The notes under the pieces are model-generated. The model worked only from the letters and a program-made list of their open reading frames with translations. It did not search any database and was not told the origin of the DNA. From a virus, in UHGV virus genome UHGV-0389583: a stretch of DNA of 41,611 bases, one strand, 5' to 3'. The position numbers and the translations under genes were made by a program. Shown here piece by piece: positions 18,897-28,619 of this stretch (its first letter is position 1; the number at the start of each line of letters is the position of its first letter).

Positions 18897-18908
18897 AAAG
18901 GAGCGAAT

Positions 18909-19112
18909 ATGCACGAAAAAATAACAGATATCCAGAATTTGTTCTGGAAAGCGTATAAAAATTATAAAGGTACCGGCTCAATGAGTCAATACAATGCAGA
19001 TGTCGATGGGATTATTGAGAAGTACAGGGATGATCATGTTATGTTGAATTTCTGCAAAAACTTGGCAATATCATGGGCACCGGTTATCAATGAAATGAAA
19101 GAAGATGATTAA
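18909..19112 (+). CDS. Hypothetical protein (67 aa)
   Basis: RBS aaaggagcg. Confidence 0.35.
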   Translation: MHEKITDIQNLFWKAYKNYKGTGSMSQYNADVDGIIEKYRDDHVMLNFCKNLAISWAPVINEMKEDD

Positions 19113-19448
19113 ATGCAGGAAAGAAAAAGAGATTTATACGAGCCGTATTTGGACGAAATAAAGCAAATGCTTAAAGAGGGGTGCATAATTACCCATATAT
19201 ACAAAGAAATTTCGAAAAAGAGCGGAATCGATGCCGATATCAGGACGATGAAGCGTTTTATGAAAGAAAGAGGATTGATTCAAGAATCGGAGTATGAAAA
19301 GACCGAAATCAATAAATTGATAAAGGATAAGTTTAAGGGAATCGGTGAATACATGGATTTTTATGAGCGCTGGGTAAAGCAGAGTTGCAGCATAAACCGC
19401 ACAATCCAGAATCCAAACCGGATATTGATGCGGAGGTATTTACAGTAA
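19113..19448 (+). CDS. Hypothetical protein, possibly HTH-containing
   Basis: ATGA overlap with the previous gene; ISKKSGIDADIRTMKRFMKERG is HTH-like. Confidence 0.4.
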   Translation: MQERKRDLYEPYLDEIKQMLKEGCIITHIYKEISKKSGIDADIRTMKRFMKERGLIQESEYEKTEINKLIKDKFKGIGEYMDFYERWVKQSCSINRTIQNPNRILMRRYLQ

Positions 19449-19594
19449 GCTATGAAAAAAAAAGAAAGAGAATCCGAAGAAAAATGAAGTACATATCTGT
19501 TCTTCCTGCGGACGGGAAATTATCGGAGATTTTGAGTATGTAAAGACAAAGAGAGGGACGGAATTGTATTTTTGTAAAGATATGAGGTGTAGAC

Positions 19595-19978
19595 ATGGGA
19601 AAAGTTGATGATTATACAGCAGGTAGATCACAGGGATTGATTCTGGCAAGGGAGATTGTAAAAAAAGACGGTATCGAGGGACTGGAAAAAGAAATCCAGT
19701 TTCGGAATATCACAGGAATCAACACAGCCTTAACCAGAAAAGAGCTGAACATTGCCTGCGAGAAGATTAAAAACATGACACTGGACACAATGATGGTGAT
19801 CGCAGTCGCAACGCTGCATGATGAGTTCGGTTTTGCTGGGAAACGGTGCAAGAGATTTATCGACAGAATGAACCTGAAAGCAGAGTGTCTGGTGGACGAT
19901 ATGGCAACATGGGATGAATATACGAGGATGATAAAAGATGAGATTGGAATTGAGATGACGATACGGAGGAATGACTAA
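19595..19978 (+). CDS. Hypothetical protein (127 aa)
   Basis: ORF; coding periodicity. Confidence 0.4.
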   Translation: MGKVDDYTAGRSQGLILAREIVKKDGIEGLEKEIQFRNITGINTALTRKELNIACEKIKNMTLDTMMVIAVATLHDEFGFAGKRCKRFIDRMNLKAECLVDDMATWDEYTRMIKDEIGIEMTIRRND

Positions 19979-20160
19979 TGCCAAAAGTGAAAGAAACGCG
20001 CTTGCGAAAAGGCGACACGATCAAATGCGCTGATGCAGAGGATTGCGTGAGGACAATGAATGAGTTGGCGGTCTGCGGGATAGAGACGGATTTCCTGTAT
20101 GAAAAAGATGGAGAGAGCGGTTTATGGTTGGAAATAACGGGAGGAAAATTAGATGGATGA
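19978..20160 (+). CDS. Hypothetical small protein
   Basis: Overlapping start/stop (TAATG). Confidence 0.3.
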   Translation: MPKVKETRLRKGDTIKCADAEDCVRTMNELAVCGIETDFLYEKDGESGLWLEITGGKLDG

Positions 20161-20470
20161 GAAGAAAGTTAGAGAAGCGATAGGAAGGCTTCAAGTTGAG
20201 ATTAATGCGAAAAGAGAAATGATAAAGCATAATAAAGCATTTTTCCAGAAACAAGATAACAGTTATTTGGAAAGTGATATTGAGGTTTATTGCACAGCAA
20301 TCGAAGCACTGGAAAAGCAGTTGCCGAAGAAAGTAGAAAACTGGAATGGACAAGCATCGTGTCCTGGATGCAAAAAACTTTTTGGAAATATGGCAGATAT
20401 AAAAATGCTTCGTTATTGGGATTTTGATTGCTGCAATCATTGCGGTCAGAGATTGGATTGGAGTGAATAG
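20153..20470 (+). CDS. Zinc-ribbon protein (CPGC...CCNHCGQ)
   Basis: Two CxxC-like pairs. Confidence 0.4.
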   Translation: MDEKKVREAIGRLQVEINAKREMIKHNKAFFQKQDNSYLESDIEVYCTAIEALEKQLPKKVENWNGQASCPGCKKLFGNMADIKMLRYWDFDCCNHCGQRLDWSE

Positions 20471-20471
20471 C

Positions 20472-20681
20472 ATGGAAGAATTGAAGAAATGTCCATTTTG
20501 TGGTTCCAACAGAGGGTATTACCAGATTGAAAGAGTACATAGGGCGTTGCTGTTTGATTTTGACGGCGAACCGATCGGAGGAACAGAAGATGTTACAGAT
20601 TATGCAGGACGCAGGAAACAGTGTATCGATTGTGGCAAGATACTCCCGAGGAAACTGTTTGAGGAAGTGATGGAAAAGTAA
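20472..20681 (+). CDS. Zinc-ribbon protein (CPFCGS...CIDCGK)
   Basis: Two CxxC pairs; 69 aa from MEELKKCPFCGS. Confidence 0.4.
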   Translation: MEELKKCPFCGSNRGYYQIERVHRALLFDFDGEPIGGTEDVTDYAGRRKQCIDCGKILPRKLFEEVMEK

Positions 20682-20744
20682 ATTATTATTCCAAATTTCA
20701 GAAGAGCATTTGGAAAAATATTTTGAACTGTTGGAGGTGGAGTG

Positions 20745-20933
20745 ATGAACGCATTAGAGAAGATTTTAGAAGAAATCGAATCCATGAAAAATGATGCCTA
20801 CGAAACGTTGAAAGAAGAAAAGCGAAAACACGGAGCGAGCAAAACAGCAGAAGAGCTGGAAAGCTATATTTACGGGCTGACTTGTGCAGTAGATGTCGTG
20901 GAGAAGTATGTGGATAAGGAGGATACGGAATGA
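20745..20933 (+). CDS. Hypothetical protein with N-terminus MNALEKILEEIES
   Basis: RBS ggaggtggagtg; N-terminus paralogous to the next gene. Confidence 0.35.
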   Translation: MNALEKILEEIESMKNDAYETLKEEKRKHGASKTAEELESYIYGLTCAVDVVEKYVDKEDTE

Positions 20934-21394
20934 ACGTACTAGAGAAGATTTTGGAAGAGATAGGAAATGCATCAATTAAAGTGTCTACTGTGGGATTACC
21001 GCATAAATACTTTAAAGCGATCGGAACTAAAAAGATCGAGGAAATCATCCATTCCCACATGGATGAAGTTCCAAATTGCGGGGAATGTAGCCGTAGAAAG
21101 TGGTATCAAAAAGGATACGAGGACGGAAAGAAAGACAATGACTGGATTCCGGTAAGTGAGAAATTGCCGGAAGATGATGATATGAGATTCTATATGTGTA
21201 TTGTCGAAAATCACGAAGAGGATTTGCCGATGTTCTGCCAGTATGATAGAGAATATGGATTTGGATTTTGGCGTGATATTTACGATTCGGCAACCTTAGG
21301 ATTTGTTGATACGGAGTTTAGTACAAATGATGAATTGGGGTATGAAAAGGTTGTAGCATGGCAGCCACTTCCAGAACCATACAAGGAGGAATAA
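20930..21394 (+). CDS. Hypothetical protein with N-terminus MNVLEKILEEIGN
   Basis: ATGA overlap with the previous gene; shares N-terminal 11 aa and about 85 percent nucleotide identity over the first 36 nt with that gene. Confidence 0.4.
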   Translation: MNVLEKILEEIGNASIKVSTVGLPHKYFKAIGTKKIEEIIHSHMDEVPNCGECSRRKWYQKGYEDGKKDNDWIPVSEKLPEDDDMRFYMCIVENHEEDLPMFCQYDREYGFGFWRDIYDSATLGFVDTEFSTNDELGYEKVVAWQPLPEPYKEE

Positions 21395-21395
21395 C

Positions 21396-21587
21396 ATGGA
21401 CATTTTAATCACAATCGCATTTTTGACCCTTTACTACATATTGGGACCGGGAACCGTGATTACTTTAAAGACAGGATTGGAAGAGGATGTAAAACTAGAA
21501 GGTGCGGATTACCTGATGGCTGCGGGATTCCCGATACTGCTATTTGTGGTGTTTTTGGATTGGATTGTGCGAAAGATAGTGAGGTAG
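21396..21587 (+). CDS. Small membrane protein (two TM helices)
   Basis: MDILITIAFLTLYYILGPG ... AAGFPILLFVVFLDWIV. Confidence 0.35.
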   Translation: MDILITIAFLTLYYILGPGTVITLKTGLEEDVKLEGADYLMAAGFPILLFVVFLDWIVRKIVR

Positions 21588-21591
21588 GAAG

Positions 21592-22188
21592 ATGAAAAAA
21601 TTTAATTGGAACGAATTTAAAAATAAAGACAATAAGATTGCGGTGTACTGTAAGACTGAGGAGGAAGCGGTAGACTTTTGTAAGCAGATGCACGAACATG
21701 GAATGAAGTGGTGTAACGGAGAAAGTTATTTGAAAAATACAAATTATATGCGCAACGAAGGAACGTGTTATTACGGAAGCGGAGAATATTCGACTCGTGA
21801 TTTTGCGGAAAAGTACAATTATAAAATCTTAGAATGGAGTGATTACATGGACAAAGAATTTACCAAGGCAGATCTGAGAGATGGGATGGTAGTTGAGCAA
21901 AGAAATGGTGAAATGTATCTTGTATTGGCCGGGATGGTAGTGAGAAGAGGCGGACGCAATCATATAGGCGGTTATGATAATGACTTGAAATGGGAAGGTT
22001 ATACAGGAGGAGACATCGTTAAAGTCTATAGGATTACTCCGGAATCACTCAGACGCATAGAAGATGTGTTTATTAAAAGCAACCTCGAACTCATCTGGGA
22101 GCGCAAAGAACCAAAGAAAATGACAGTGGAAGAAATGCGACAGAAGTTGGAAGAGCTGACAGGAGAGGAAATTGAGGTAACGGAATGA
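21592..22188 (+). CDS. Hypothetical protein (198 aa)
   Basis: RBS gtaggaag. Confidence 0.45.
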   Translation: MKKFNWNEFKNKDNKIAVYCKTEEEAVDFCKQMHEHGMKWCNGESYLKNTNYMRNEGTCYYGSGEYSTRDFAEKYNYKILEWSDYMDKEFTKADLRDGMVVEQRNGEMYLVLAGMVVRRGGRNHIGGYDNDLKWEGYTGGDIVKVYRITPESLRRIEDVFIKSNLELIWERKEPKKMTVEEMRQKLEELTGEEIEVTE

Positions 22189-22225
22189 ACAGGGAAACCA
22201 TGAGACGCAGGAAGGAGAAGAGAAA

Positions 22226-22669
22226 ATGCTAATCGAAGATAAAGTGCAGATAGAAGCAGTGAAGACAAGATCGTATATGATGGGCGAGATAGACGGAAAA
22301 GTGATGATTACGCAAGGTAGATATATTGTATTTGTGAAGAAAGAAGATTTCTTGCTCGACATAGATAAGCAGAAGAAATTGCCAGAAGATGGGGTGAAAC
22401 ATTTTTCCACAGAAAATATTCAGAGCCAAATGAGGGCGGCCAAGTTGTCAAACAGAATGCTTACAACTGGCAAAAGCATTCTGAGAGCAATAAGAGACGA
22501 GACAACAGGGGAATACGCTTGGTTTGATAATAAATATTTGAAAATGTTTGACGGATGCACGCCAAATCTTATTAAATACCAAGGAAACTCTGAATACTAC
22601 GATGCCGTGTTTACACGCTACGGAGAAATAATAGGCATCATACTTCCTGTGAGGGTGAGTGAATGGTGA
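22226..22669 (+). CDS. Hypothetical protein (147 aa)
   Basis: RBS aaggagaagag. Confidence 0.45.
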   Translation: MLIEDKVQIEAVKTRSYMMGEIDGKVMITQGRYIVFVKKEDFLLDIDKQKKLPEDGVKHFSTENIQSQMRAAKLSNRMLTTGKSILRAIRDETTGEYAWFDNKYLKMFDGCTPNLIKYQGNSEYYDAVFTRYGEIIGIILPVRVSEW

Positions 22670-22705
22670 TAATAAGCTAGATGCAGAAAGGAGACAGCGG
22701 ACATC

Positions 22706-22915
22706 ATGAAGAAAATAGAAGCATACACTATGGCAACGAGAAAGCCCTGTGAGACCGCTTTAAAGCAACAGGAGCATAAAGCCTTTGCCTGTGATTTTAA
22801 AAGCCGTGAGAGGACGAATAAGGACGCTGTGGAGTACATAGCAGAGAAATACAACATAAAAGATCCTGTTCCGGGAGGTGATAGAGTTGGACAAGAAAAC
22901 ACTGAAAAAGTATAG
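22706..22915 (+). CDS. Hypothetical small protein
   Basis: RBS aaaggagac. Confidence 0.3.
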   Translation: MKKIEAYTMATRKPCETALKQQEHKAFACDFKSRERTNKDAVEYIAEKYNIKDPVPGGDRVGQENTEKV

Positions 22916-23300
22916 ACCGAACAAAGATAGACTTATCCGGATTGAGAACCAGATACAAGAACTCAGTGAACGGGAATCGACTGTTGTCATGGGGAAGGTA
23001 ACGGGATCTAGCGCAGATTTTCCGTACACCGAAGTGAGAACATCTGTACAAATGTATGATCCTTACGAGGAAGAGAATATAAGACGTCAGATCAGAAGAA
23101 AAGAAGCGGACAGGCTGCGGATTCTGAAAGAGCAAAAAGAAGTCGAGGACTACATAAATGGGATTGATGATCCGGAGATTAAGGAGATATTCGAGTTGCA
23201 CTATCTTGAGGGGAAAACCCAGCAAAAAGTCGCAGATGAAATTGGATATACCCAGGCGCGAGTATCGCAGATTATAAGCGCACAGCTTAAAGATTTATAG
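22886..23300 (+). CDS. Late-gene transcriptional regulator, ArpU/sigma-70 region-4-like
   Basis: C-terminus LHYLEGKTQQKVADEIGYTQARVSQIISAQLKDL is a region-4-type HTH; TTG start after RBS ggaggtg; canonical position immediately upstream of the terminase small subunit. Confidence 0.55.
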
Positions 23301-23378
23301 CATTTATATTTTACTTATGCTATAATTATTCTAGAACGATTGTATATTGTTCTAAAACAATCTTTCCAAACATTCAGA

Positions 23379-23420
23379 ACACCGCCGGACTTTTACCCTT
23401 TCTTGTCTGGCGGTGTTTTT
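23379..23420 (+). terminator. Strong rho-independent terminator after the late regulator gene
   Basis: 12-bp stem acaccgccggac / gtctggcggtgt (one G-U) followed by ttttt. Confidence 0.6.
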
Positions 23421-23422
23421 AT

Positions 23423-23537
23423 GCCGTGGTCAGTTGGGACAAGCAGGTTCGATCCCTGCACACGGTTTTGTGATGTAAGGTTTGCGGCTTACCAGCTGGG
23501 GGTTGCTGTGGGAGTGCACACCGGCTTTACATCACAA
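23423..23537 (+). ncRNA. Structured non-coding stretch: tRNA-like minihelix (acceptor ccgtg/cacgg plus T-arm gcagg-ttcgatc-cctgc, 23423..23466) followed by a long hairpin with 10-bp stem tgtgatgtaa/ttacatcaca (23470..23537)
   Basis: Base pairing read directly; the T-loop TTCGATC is tRNA-like but there is no D-arm or anticodon arm. Lies just upstream of tRNA-Asn. Confidence 0.3.
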
Positions 23538-23660
23538 ATGGTACCAAAACGCAGATATCCGCAGATCTGCAAAACAAACAAAAATAGATTCAGCAATCTA
23601 TATTTAGTGTCAGTACCCGAGTGCGGATAGGGTAAAGGGTGTCAATAAAAGGCATCCTAC

Positions 23661-23733
23661 GGGTGTATAGCTCAATTGGTAGAGCAATCGGCTGTTAACC
23701 GATGTGTCGTAGGTTCGAGTCCTGCTATACCCG
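23661..23733 (+). tRNA. tRNA-Asn (anticodon GTT)
   Basis: Cloverleaf: acceptor GGGTGTA/TATACCC, D-stem GCTC/GAGC, anticodon stem ATCGG/CCGAT with loop CTGTTAA, T-arm GTAGG-TTCGAGT-CCTGC; 73 nt; no encoded CCA. Confidence 0.9.
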
Positions 23734-23894
23734 TTGTGGACTACTGCAAGTTACTCCTTTTTCCTATAAATTTTGATTGTGTACTTGGTTATTTTGGTTT
23801 TGTTGCTGTTATAATTCTTTCATTTTGCAGTAGTCCTAAATTCTTAGCATCCAGAGATGGGTGCTTTTATTATGCTTAAAAGGTGGTGAGTCCT

Positions 23895-24464
23895 ATGACA
23901 GAAAAACAGAAAATATTTGCAGATGAGTACTTGATTGATCTAAATGCCACACGGGCTTACCGCGCGGCGTATCCGAATTGCAAAAAAGATAGTTCGGCAG
24001 ATGCAGCAGCGAGAAAATTACTCGGAAATACTCGGATTCAAACATATATCACAGAACGAATGGAAGAACGGCAGAAACGAACGGAGATCACCCAGGACAT
24101 GGTGCTACAGGAACTAGCTGCGATTGCTTTTTCCAAGGCTTCTGACTACGCGAAAGTAGTTGAGAAACAGGCTACAGCAGAAGTAGATGGAAATATTATT
24201 CCACTCGTAGGAGAGGACGGAGAACCGATTCTGTATCGGACCGTAGAATTGGAACTTACAGATAACCTTACGGAGGAACAGCAGCGAGCCCTCGGAACGA
24301 TTAAAAAGGGGCGCGATGGATTGGAACAGAAGCCCTGCGACAAGGTAAAGGCGCTTGAGCTTCTCGGCAGACATTTAGGTATGTGGAATGACAAGCTGGA
24401 TGTAGCAGGAGATATGGACATGAAGATTGTAGTAGACTATGGTGATGAGGATGAAGAAAGTTAA
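23895..24464 (+). CDS. Terminase small subunit
   Basis: N-terminus KQKIFADEYLIDLNATRAYRAAYP typical of the terminase small subunit family; RBS aaaggtggtg. Confidence 0.75.
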   Translation: MTEKQKIFADEYLIDLNATRAYRAAYPNCKKDSSADAAARKLLGNTRIQTYITERMEERQKRTEITQDMVLQELAAIAFSKASDYAKVVEKQATAEVDGNIIPLVGEDGEPILYRTVELELTDNLTEEQQRALGTIKKGRDGLEQKPCDKVKALELLGRHLGMWNDKLDVAGDMDMKIVVDYGDEDEES

Positions 24465-25707
24465 TGTTGGATTTAACAGAAATTTCAAAGAGTTTAATGA
24501 GTGCAAGAAACGATATCGACTGGCAAAAGGCTCTGCCGGATCCGGAAAGTCGGTAAACATTGCACAGAATTTTATCATCAAACTTGGTGATCCGAAGTAC
24601 AAAGGTGCGAATCTTCTGTGCGTCCGGAAAGTAGACACAACAAACAAAGATAGTACTTATGCGGAGTTGAAGAGTGCAATATACAAGATATACGGGGATA
24701 AAGCGGGATTATTCTGGCAGATCAGAAGCAATCCAATGGAGCTGATCTCTAAAGTAACTGGAAATAAAGTGATTTTTCGAGGAATGAAAGACGATGGACA
24801 GCGAGAAAAAGTAAAGTCCATCACATTCGATGTCGGAAAATTAACATGGATATGGATTGAAGAAGCAACGGAGCTATATGAAGCGGATGTCGATATTCTC
24901 GATGACCGACTCAGAGGCGACTTGTCATTCAATCCATTTTTGTATTATCAGATCACGTTCAGCTTCAATCCGGTGTCAGCAACGCACTGGTTAAAAGCAA
25001 AATATTTCGACATAAAAAGTGATGATGTATACACACACCAGTCTACATACCTGCAGAACCGGTTCATAGACGAAGCGTATCACCGGCGCATGATGATGCG
25101 TAAAGAACGGGATCCTGATGGATATCGGATTTATGGACTCGGTGAATGGGGAGAAACTGGCGGTCTGATTCTTACAAATTATGTGGTCGAGGAATTCAAC
25201 ACATCTTCTGATCGATTTGATTACATGGTAAATTCACAGGATTTTGGATTCAACCATGCGAACTGTATCGGGGAGATTGGATTCAAGGATGGAGATATCT
25301 ACTTATGCCGGGAATTGTATGTATTTGAAAAAGATACGTCCGAAATCATACAGCTGGCTGAGGGAAAATTCCAGAAGCGAATTACCATGTATTGTGATTC
25401 TGCTGAGCCAGACAGGATTAAGATGTGGCAGAAAGCAGGATACAGAGCATGTCCGGTCAAGAAAGAGCCGAACAGTGTAAAAGCGCAGATTGATTACTTA
25501 AAGCAGCATACAATCCATATACATCCGTCTTGCGTAAATACGATTAAGGAGATCCAGCAATGGAAATGGCGAAAAGATGAGAAGACGAACACCTTCACAG
25601 ATGAGCCAGTGAATTTCTTTGATGATGCAATGGCAATGCTCAGATATTCTATTGAGCAGGAGAGAAAAGGCAAAGTGAAGTTAAAGACCTTTAGAGGAGG
25701 AATATAA
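24451..25707 (+). CDS. Terminase large subunit (ATPase plus nuclease)
   Basis: Walker A GSAGSGKS, then nuclease-domain aspartates; 419 aa. Confidence 0.85.
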   Translation: MKKVNVGFNRNFKEFNECKKRYRLAKGSAGSGKSVNIAQNFIIKLGDPKYKGANLLCVRKVDTTNKDSTYAELKSAIYKIYGDKAGLFWQIRSNPMELISKVTGNKVIFRGMKDDGQREKVKSITFDVGKLTWIWIEEATELYEADVDILDDRLRGDLSFNPFLYYQITFSFNPVSATHWLKAKYFDIKSDDVYTHQSTYLQNRFIDEAYHRRMMMRKERDPDGYRIYGLGEWGETGGLILTNYVVEEFNTSSDRFDYMVNSQDFGFNHANCIGEIGFKDGDIYLCRELYVFEKDTSEIIQLAEGKFQKRITMYCDSAEPDRIKMWQKAGYRACPVKKEPNSVKAQIDYLKQHTIHIHPSCVNTIKEIQQWKWRKDEKTNTFTDEPVNFFDDAMAMLRYSIEQERKGKVKLKTFRGGI

Positions 25708-25708
25708 A

Positions 25709-27067
25709 ATGAATGGGAAAAGACCATACAAACTGCCGGAACCGCTTTTATGTTCCGCCGACAAAGAAATCAATATGACATTAGTAGATGAGTATATTCG
25801 CAAGCACGAAGAACGAATGCCAAGGTACAGATACCTTGAGAATCTATACAAAGGATTTCACGATGTATTCCGTCTTCCGGAAAAGGAGTCATGGAAGCCG
25901 GATAACCGACTGGCGGTGAATTTCCCAAGGTATATCACAGAGACGTTTTTGGGATATGCTTATGGGATTCCGGTTAAAAAATCGCATCCGGACGAAAAAA
26001 TAAAAGATGCGATCCTTGAATTTGACCGTGATAATGATATTTCTGACCAGGAATACGAACTGGTGAAGAAATGTTGCATCTACGGACATGCATTTGAGTA
26101 TTTCTATCAAGACGAAGAAGCAAAGACAAAGACAGTAGTCTGCAATCCAAAAGAACTGTTTGTTGTCTACGATGATACCGTAAAGAGCCGCGCTCTATTT
26201 GCTGTCAGATATGGAAAAAAGGACGATAATGTTACAAGGTATGGTGAGATACTTACAAGGACAGAAATAATCCCATTCGATGGAGAAAAGATGCAGGAGA
26301 GTATACCGAATCCTTACGGGCGTATTAACTGCGTGGAATACGTGTTGAACGATGAGAGAATCGGTCTGTATGAAGAAGTTGCCGGCATGGTAGAAACATA
26401 CAACCGAGTGATCGGAGAAAAGGCGAATGATGTAGATTCTTTCGCAGAAGCGTATCTTGCAGTGCTGGGCGCCGAACTGGACGAGGAAGGCGTTTATAAA
26501 ATTCGCGACAACCGGATTATAAACCTTTATGGTACAGACAATGCAAAAGATATTATCGTGCAGTTTCTTGGCAAACCTACGGCAGACGGAACACAGGAAA
26601 ATCTTTTGAATCGGCTCGAGGATTTGATTTATCAGACAAGTATGGTAGCGAATATCTCAGACGAATCGTTTGGAAATGCCTCCGGAACTTCTCTCGCATA
26701 CAAATTACAGTCCATGAGCAATCTTGCACTAACATTTGACCGTAAAGTTGAAAAGTCCATGAGGAAACGATATAAGCTGTTTTGCTCCCTTGCAACGAAT
26801 GTGTCAGATCGGGACGCATGGAAAGATATTGATTTTACAATGAGCAGAAATATCCCGAAGAATCTCCTTGAAGAAGCGCAGACAGCACAGGCGCTTGAAA
26901 GCATCGTGTCCAAGGAAACGCAGCTGCAGGTCCTCTCGATCGTTAAGGATGTTTCAGAGGAGATAGATCGAATGGAGAAAGAGGAAGAAAAGAAGCAGCA
27001 AACAATCGTAGAGAAGCGGATGTTCGGAGGTGCGGCAGATGAGCAGCAGGACGTACTGGAAGAATAG
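25709..27067 (+). CDS. Portal protein (SPP1 gp6-like)
   Basis: 452 aa immediately after TerL; sequence character typical of the portal family. Confidence 0.75.
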   Translation: MNGKRPYKLPEPLLCSADKEINMTLVDEYIRKHEERMPRYRYLENLYKGFHDVFRLPEKESWKPDNRLAVNFPRYITETFLGYAYGIPVKKSHPDEKIKDAILEFDRDNDISDQEYELVKKCCIYGHAFEYFYQDEEAKTKTVVCNPKELFVVYDDTVKSRALFAVRYGKKDDNVTRYGEILTRTEIIPFDGEKMQESIPNPYGRINCVEYVLNDERIGLYEEVAGMVETYNRVIGEKANDVDSFAEAYLAVLGAELDEEGVYKIRDNRIINLYGTDNAKDIIVQFLGKPTADGTQENLLNRLEDLIYQTSMVANISDESFGNASGTSLAYKLQSMSNLALTFDRKVEKSMRKRYKLFCSLATNVSDRDAWKDIDFTMSRNIPKNLLEEAQTAQALESIVSKETQLQVLSIVKDVSEEIDRMEKEEEKKQQTIVEKRMFGGAADEQQDVLEE

Positions 27068-28319
27068 AGAGGAAGAACAGCGGAAGAAGAATATCAAGGA
27101 CGAAGCTGAATACGCGAAAGAGATTGAGAAGATCTATGCGAACATGATGGATGAAATCCAGAAAGAGATCAATGGATTTTACACGCGATATGCAAAAGCA
27201 GAGGGAATCACAATTGCAGAAGCGAAGAAGCGAGTATCCAAAATGGACATTGATGCGTACAGCCGGAAGGCGGAGCAGTATGTAAAGGATAAGGATTTTT
27301 CGAAGGAAGCCAATGAGGAAATGAGACTCTATAACGCAGCTATGAAGATTAACCGGCTTGAAATGCTGAAAGCAAATATCGGAATGCATCTTGTCGGTGG
27401 ATTTGATGAGCTTCAGAAGTATTTTGACCAGATCCTGACGGAGAAAACGCTGGAAGAATTTGAAAGGCAGGCTGGAATTCTTGGCAAATCCATTCAGAAC
27501 AATGCGAAGATGGCACATGCAATTGCAAATGCTTCATTCCACAATGCAAAATATTCGGACCGTATTTGGATGTATCAGGATATGCTTAAAGCCGAATTAT
27601 CGAAACTCTTACAAACAGGTCTGATACAGGGAAAGAATCCAAGAGTATTGGCAAAACATCTTACCAAACTGTTTGGAGTAAGCCGGGAAAATGCAGAGCG
27701 ACTGATGATAACGGAACTGTCAAGGGTGCAGGCAGAAGCGCAGAAACAGTCTTATATCCGCAATGGATTTGATGAGTATGAGTTTATCGCGGAGCCGACA
27801 GCCTGCCAGATCTGCAGGGCTTTAGACGGAAAACATTTCAAGGTATCGAAAATGATGCCCGGAGAAAATGCACATCCAATGCATCCACGCTGCCGGTGCA
27901 GTACAGCGGCATATACGGATGATAAAGAGTATCATGAGTGGCTGGACGGGTATTCTGAACATGGGATGAACTTTGAAACTTGGAAGAAGAGGGTTGAAAA
28001 GAAAACGGATTCTGGTATAATAAAGGCAGATAGAACAGTCAGCGGACATTCTGGTCCTCCTAAAATGGCAGAGGCGGGAATGGTAATAGATCACATTGGA
28101 AAAGATGGAAAAGTAGATGTAAGAGCTTTTTACGGAGAGTCAAAATTAAAATATAAAGATATCCATACAACTGCGCATGGGAATCCCAAGCAGCATCCTT
28201 ATGGAGAACATGGGGAACACGTACATGATTATACATGGGGAGATGATGGTAGACTGAAGAATAAGACAACTCGCGAATTAAGCAAAGAGGAAAGAAAGGA
28301 GAATGGCGATATATTATGA
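27039..28319 (+). CDS. Head morphogenesis protein (Mu F / SPP1 gp7-like) with C-terminal Cys/His-rich extension
   Basis: Conserved PTACQICRALDGKHF...HPRCRCS motif; follows the portal gene. Confidence 0.7.
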   Translation: MSSRTYWKNREEEQRKKNIKDEAEYAKEIEKIYANMMDEIQKEINGFYTRYAKAEGITIAEAKKRVSKMDIDAYSRKAEQYVKDKDFSKEANEEMRLYNAAMKINRLEMLKANIGMHLVGGFDELQKYFDQILTEKTLEEFERQAGILGKSIQNNAKMAHAIANASFHNAKYSDRIWMYQDMLKAELSKLLQTGLIQGKNPRVLAKHLTKLFGVSRENAERLMITELSRVQAEAQKQSYIRNGFDEYEFIAEPTACQICRALDGKHFKVSKMMPGENAHPMHPRCRCSTAAYTDDKEYHEWLDGYSEHGMNFETWKKRVEKKTDSGIIKADRTVSGHSGPPKMAEAGMVIDHIGKDGKVDVRAFYGESKLKYKDIHTTAHGNPKQHPYGEHGEHVHDYTWGDDGRLKNKTTRELSKEERKENGDIL

Positions 28320-28555
28320 ATAAAGATGAATTAAGACAAATTTTATCTGAGTGTTGCAATGATATTTCTTTCTTTTACAAAGGATTGGCATCGGGAGTGA
28401 CAGTTGAAGTCAGAGATTACATTCCAACGTATCAAGCGTGGCATGGTGATGATACGAAAGAGTATGATAATGTAGATGAGGTTATGAATGATAAATTTTA
28501 TAGCGGAAAATCATTAAACGATCTAGTAAAAGAAGCAGAAATTGATGCAATGTAA
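28316..28555 (+). CDS. Hypothetical protein (79 aa)
   Basis: ATGA overlap with the upstream gene. Confidence 0.4.
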   Translation: MNKDELRQILSECCNDISFFYKGLASGVTVEVRDYIPTYQAWHGDDTKEYDNVDEVMNDKFYSGKSLNDLVKEAEIDAM

Positions 28556-28619
28556 TACCATCGGTCGAGCGGGCTGGTGGTTTTTTATACCTATTTTTAA
28601 GGAAGGAAGCGTGAATGAT

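Noticed and set aside
18740-18900. Small ORFs within the GGTTACC repeat field
   Set aside because: Only very short frames without RBS; the interval is better explained as a protein-binding repeat array.
23340-23630. ORF-track CDS of 96 aa on the plus strand
   Set aside because: It spans a strong terminator hairpin, the tRNA-like minihelix and a long hairpin, has no RBS, and lies in an obviously structured non-coding interval next to tRNA-Asn.
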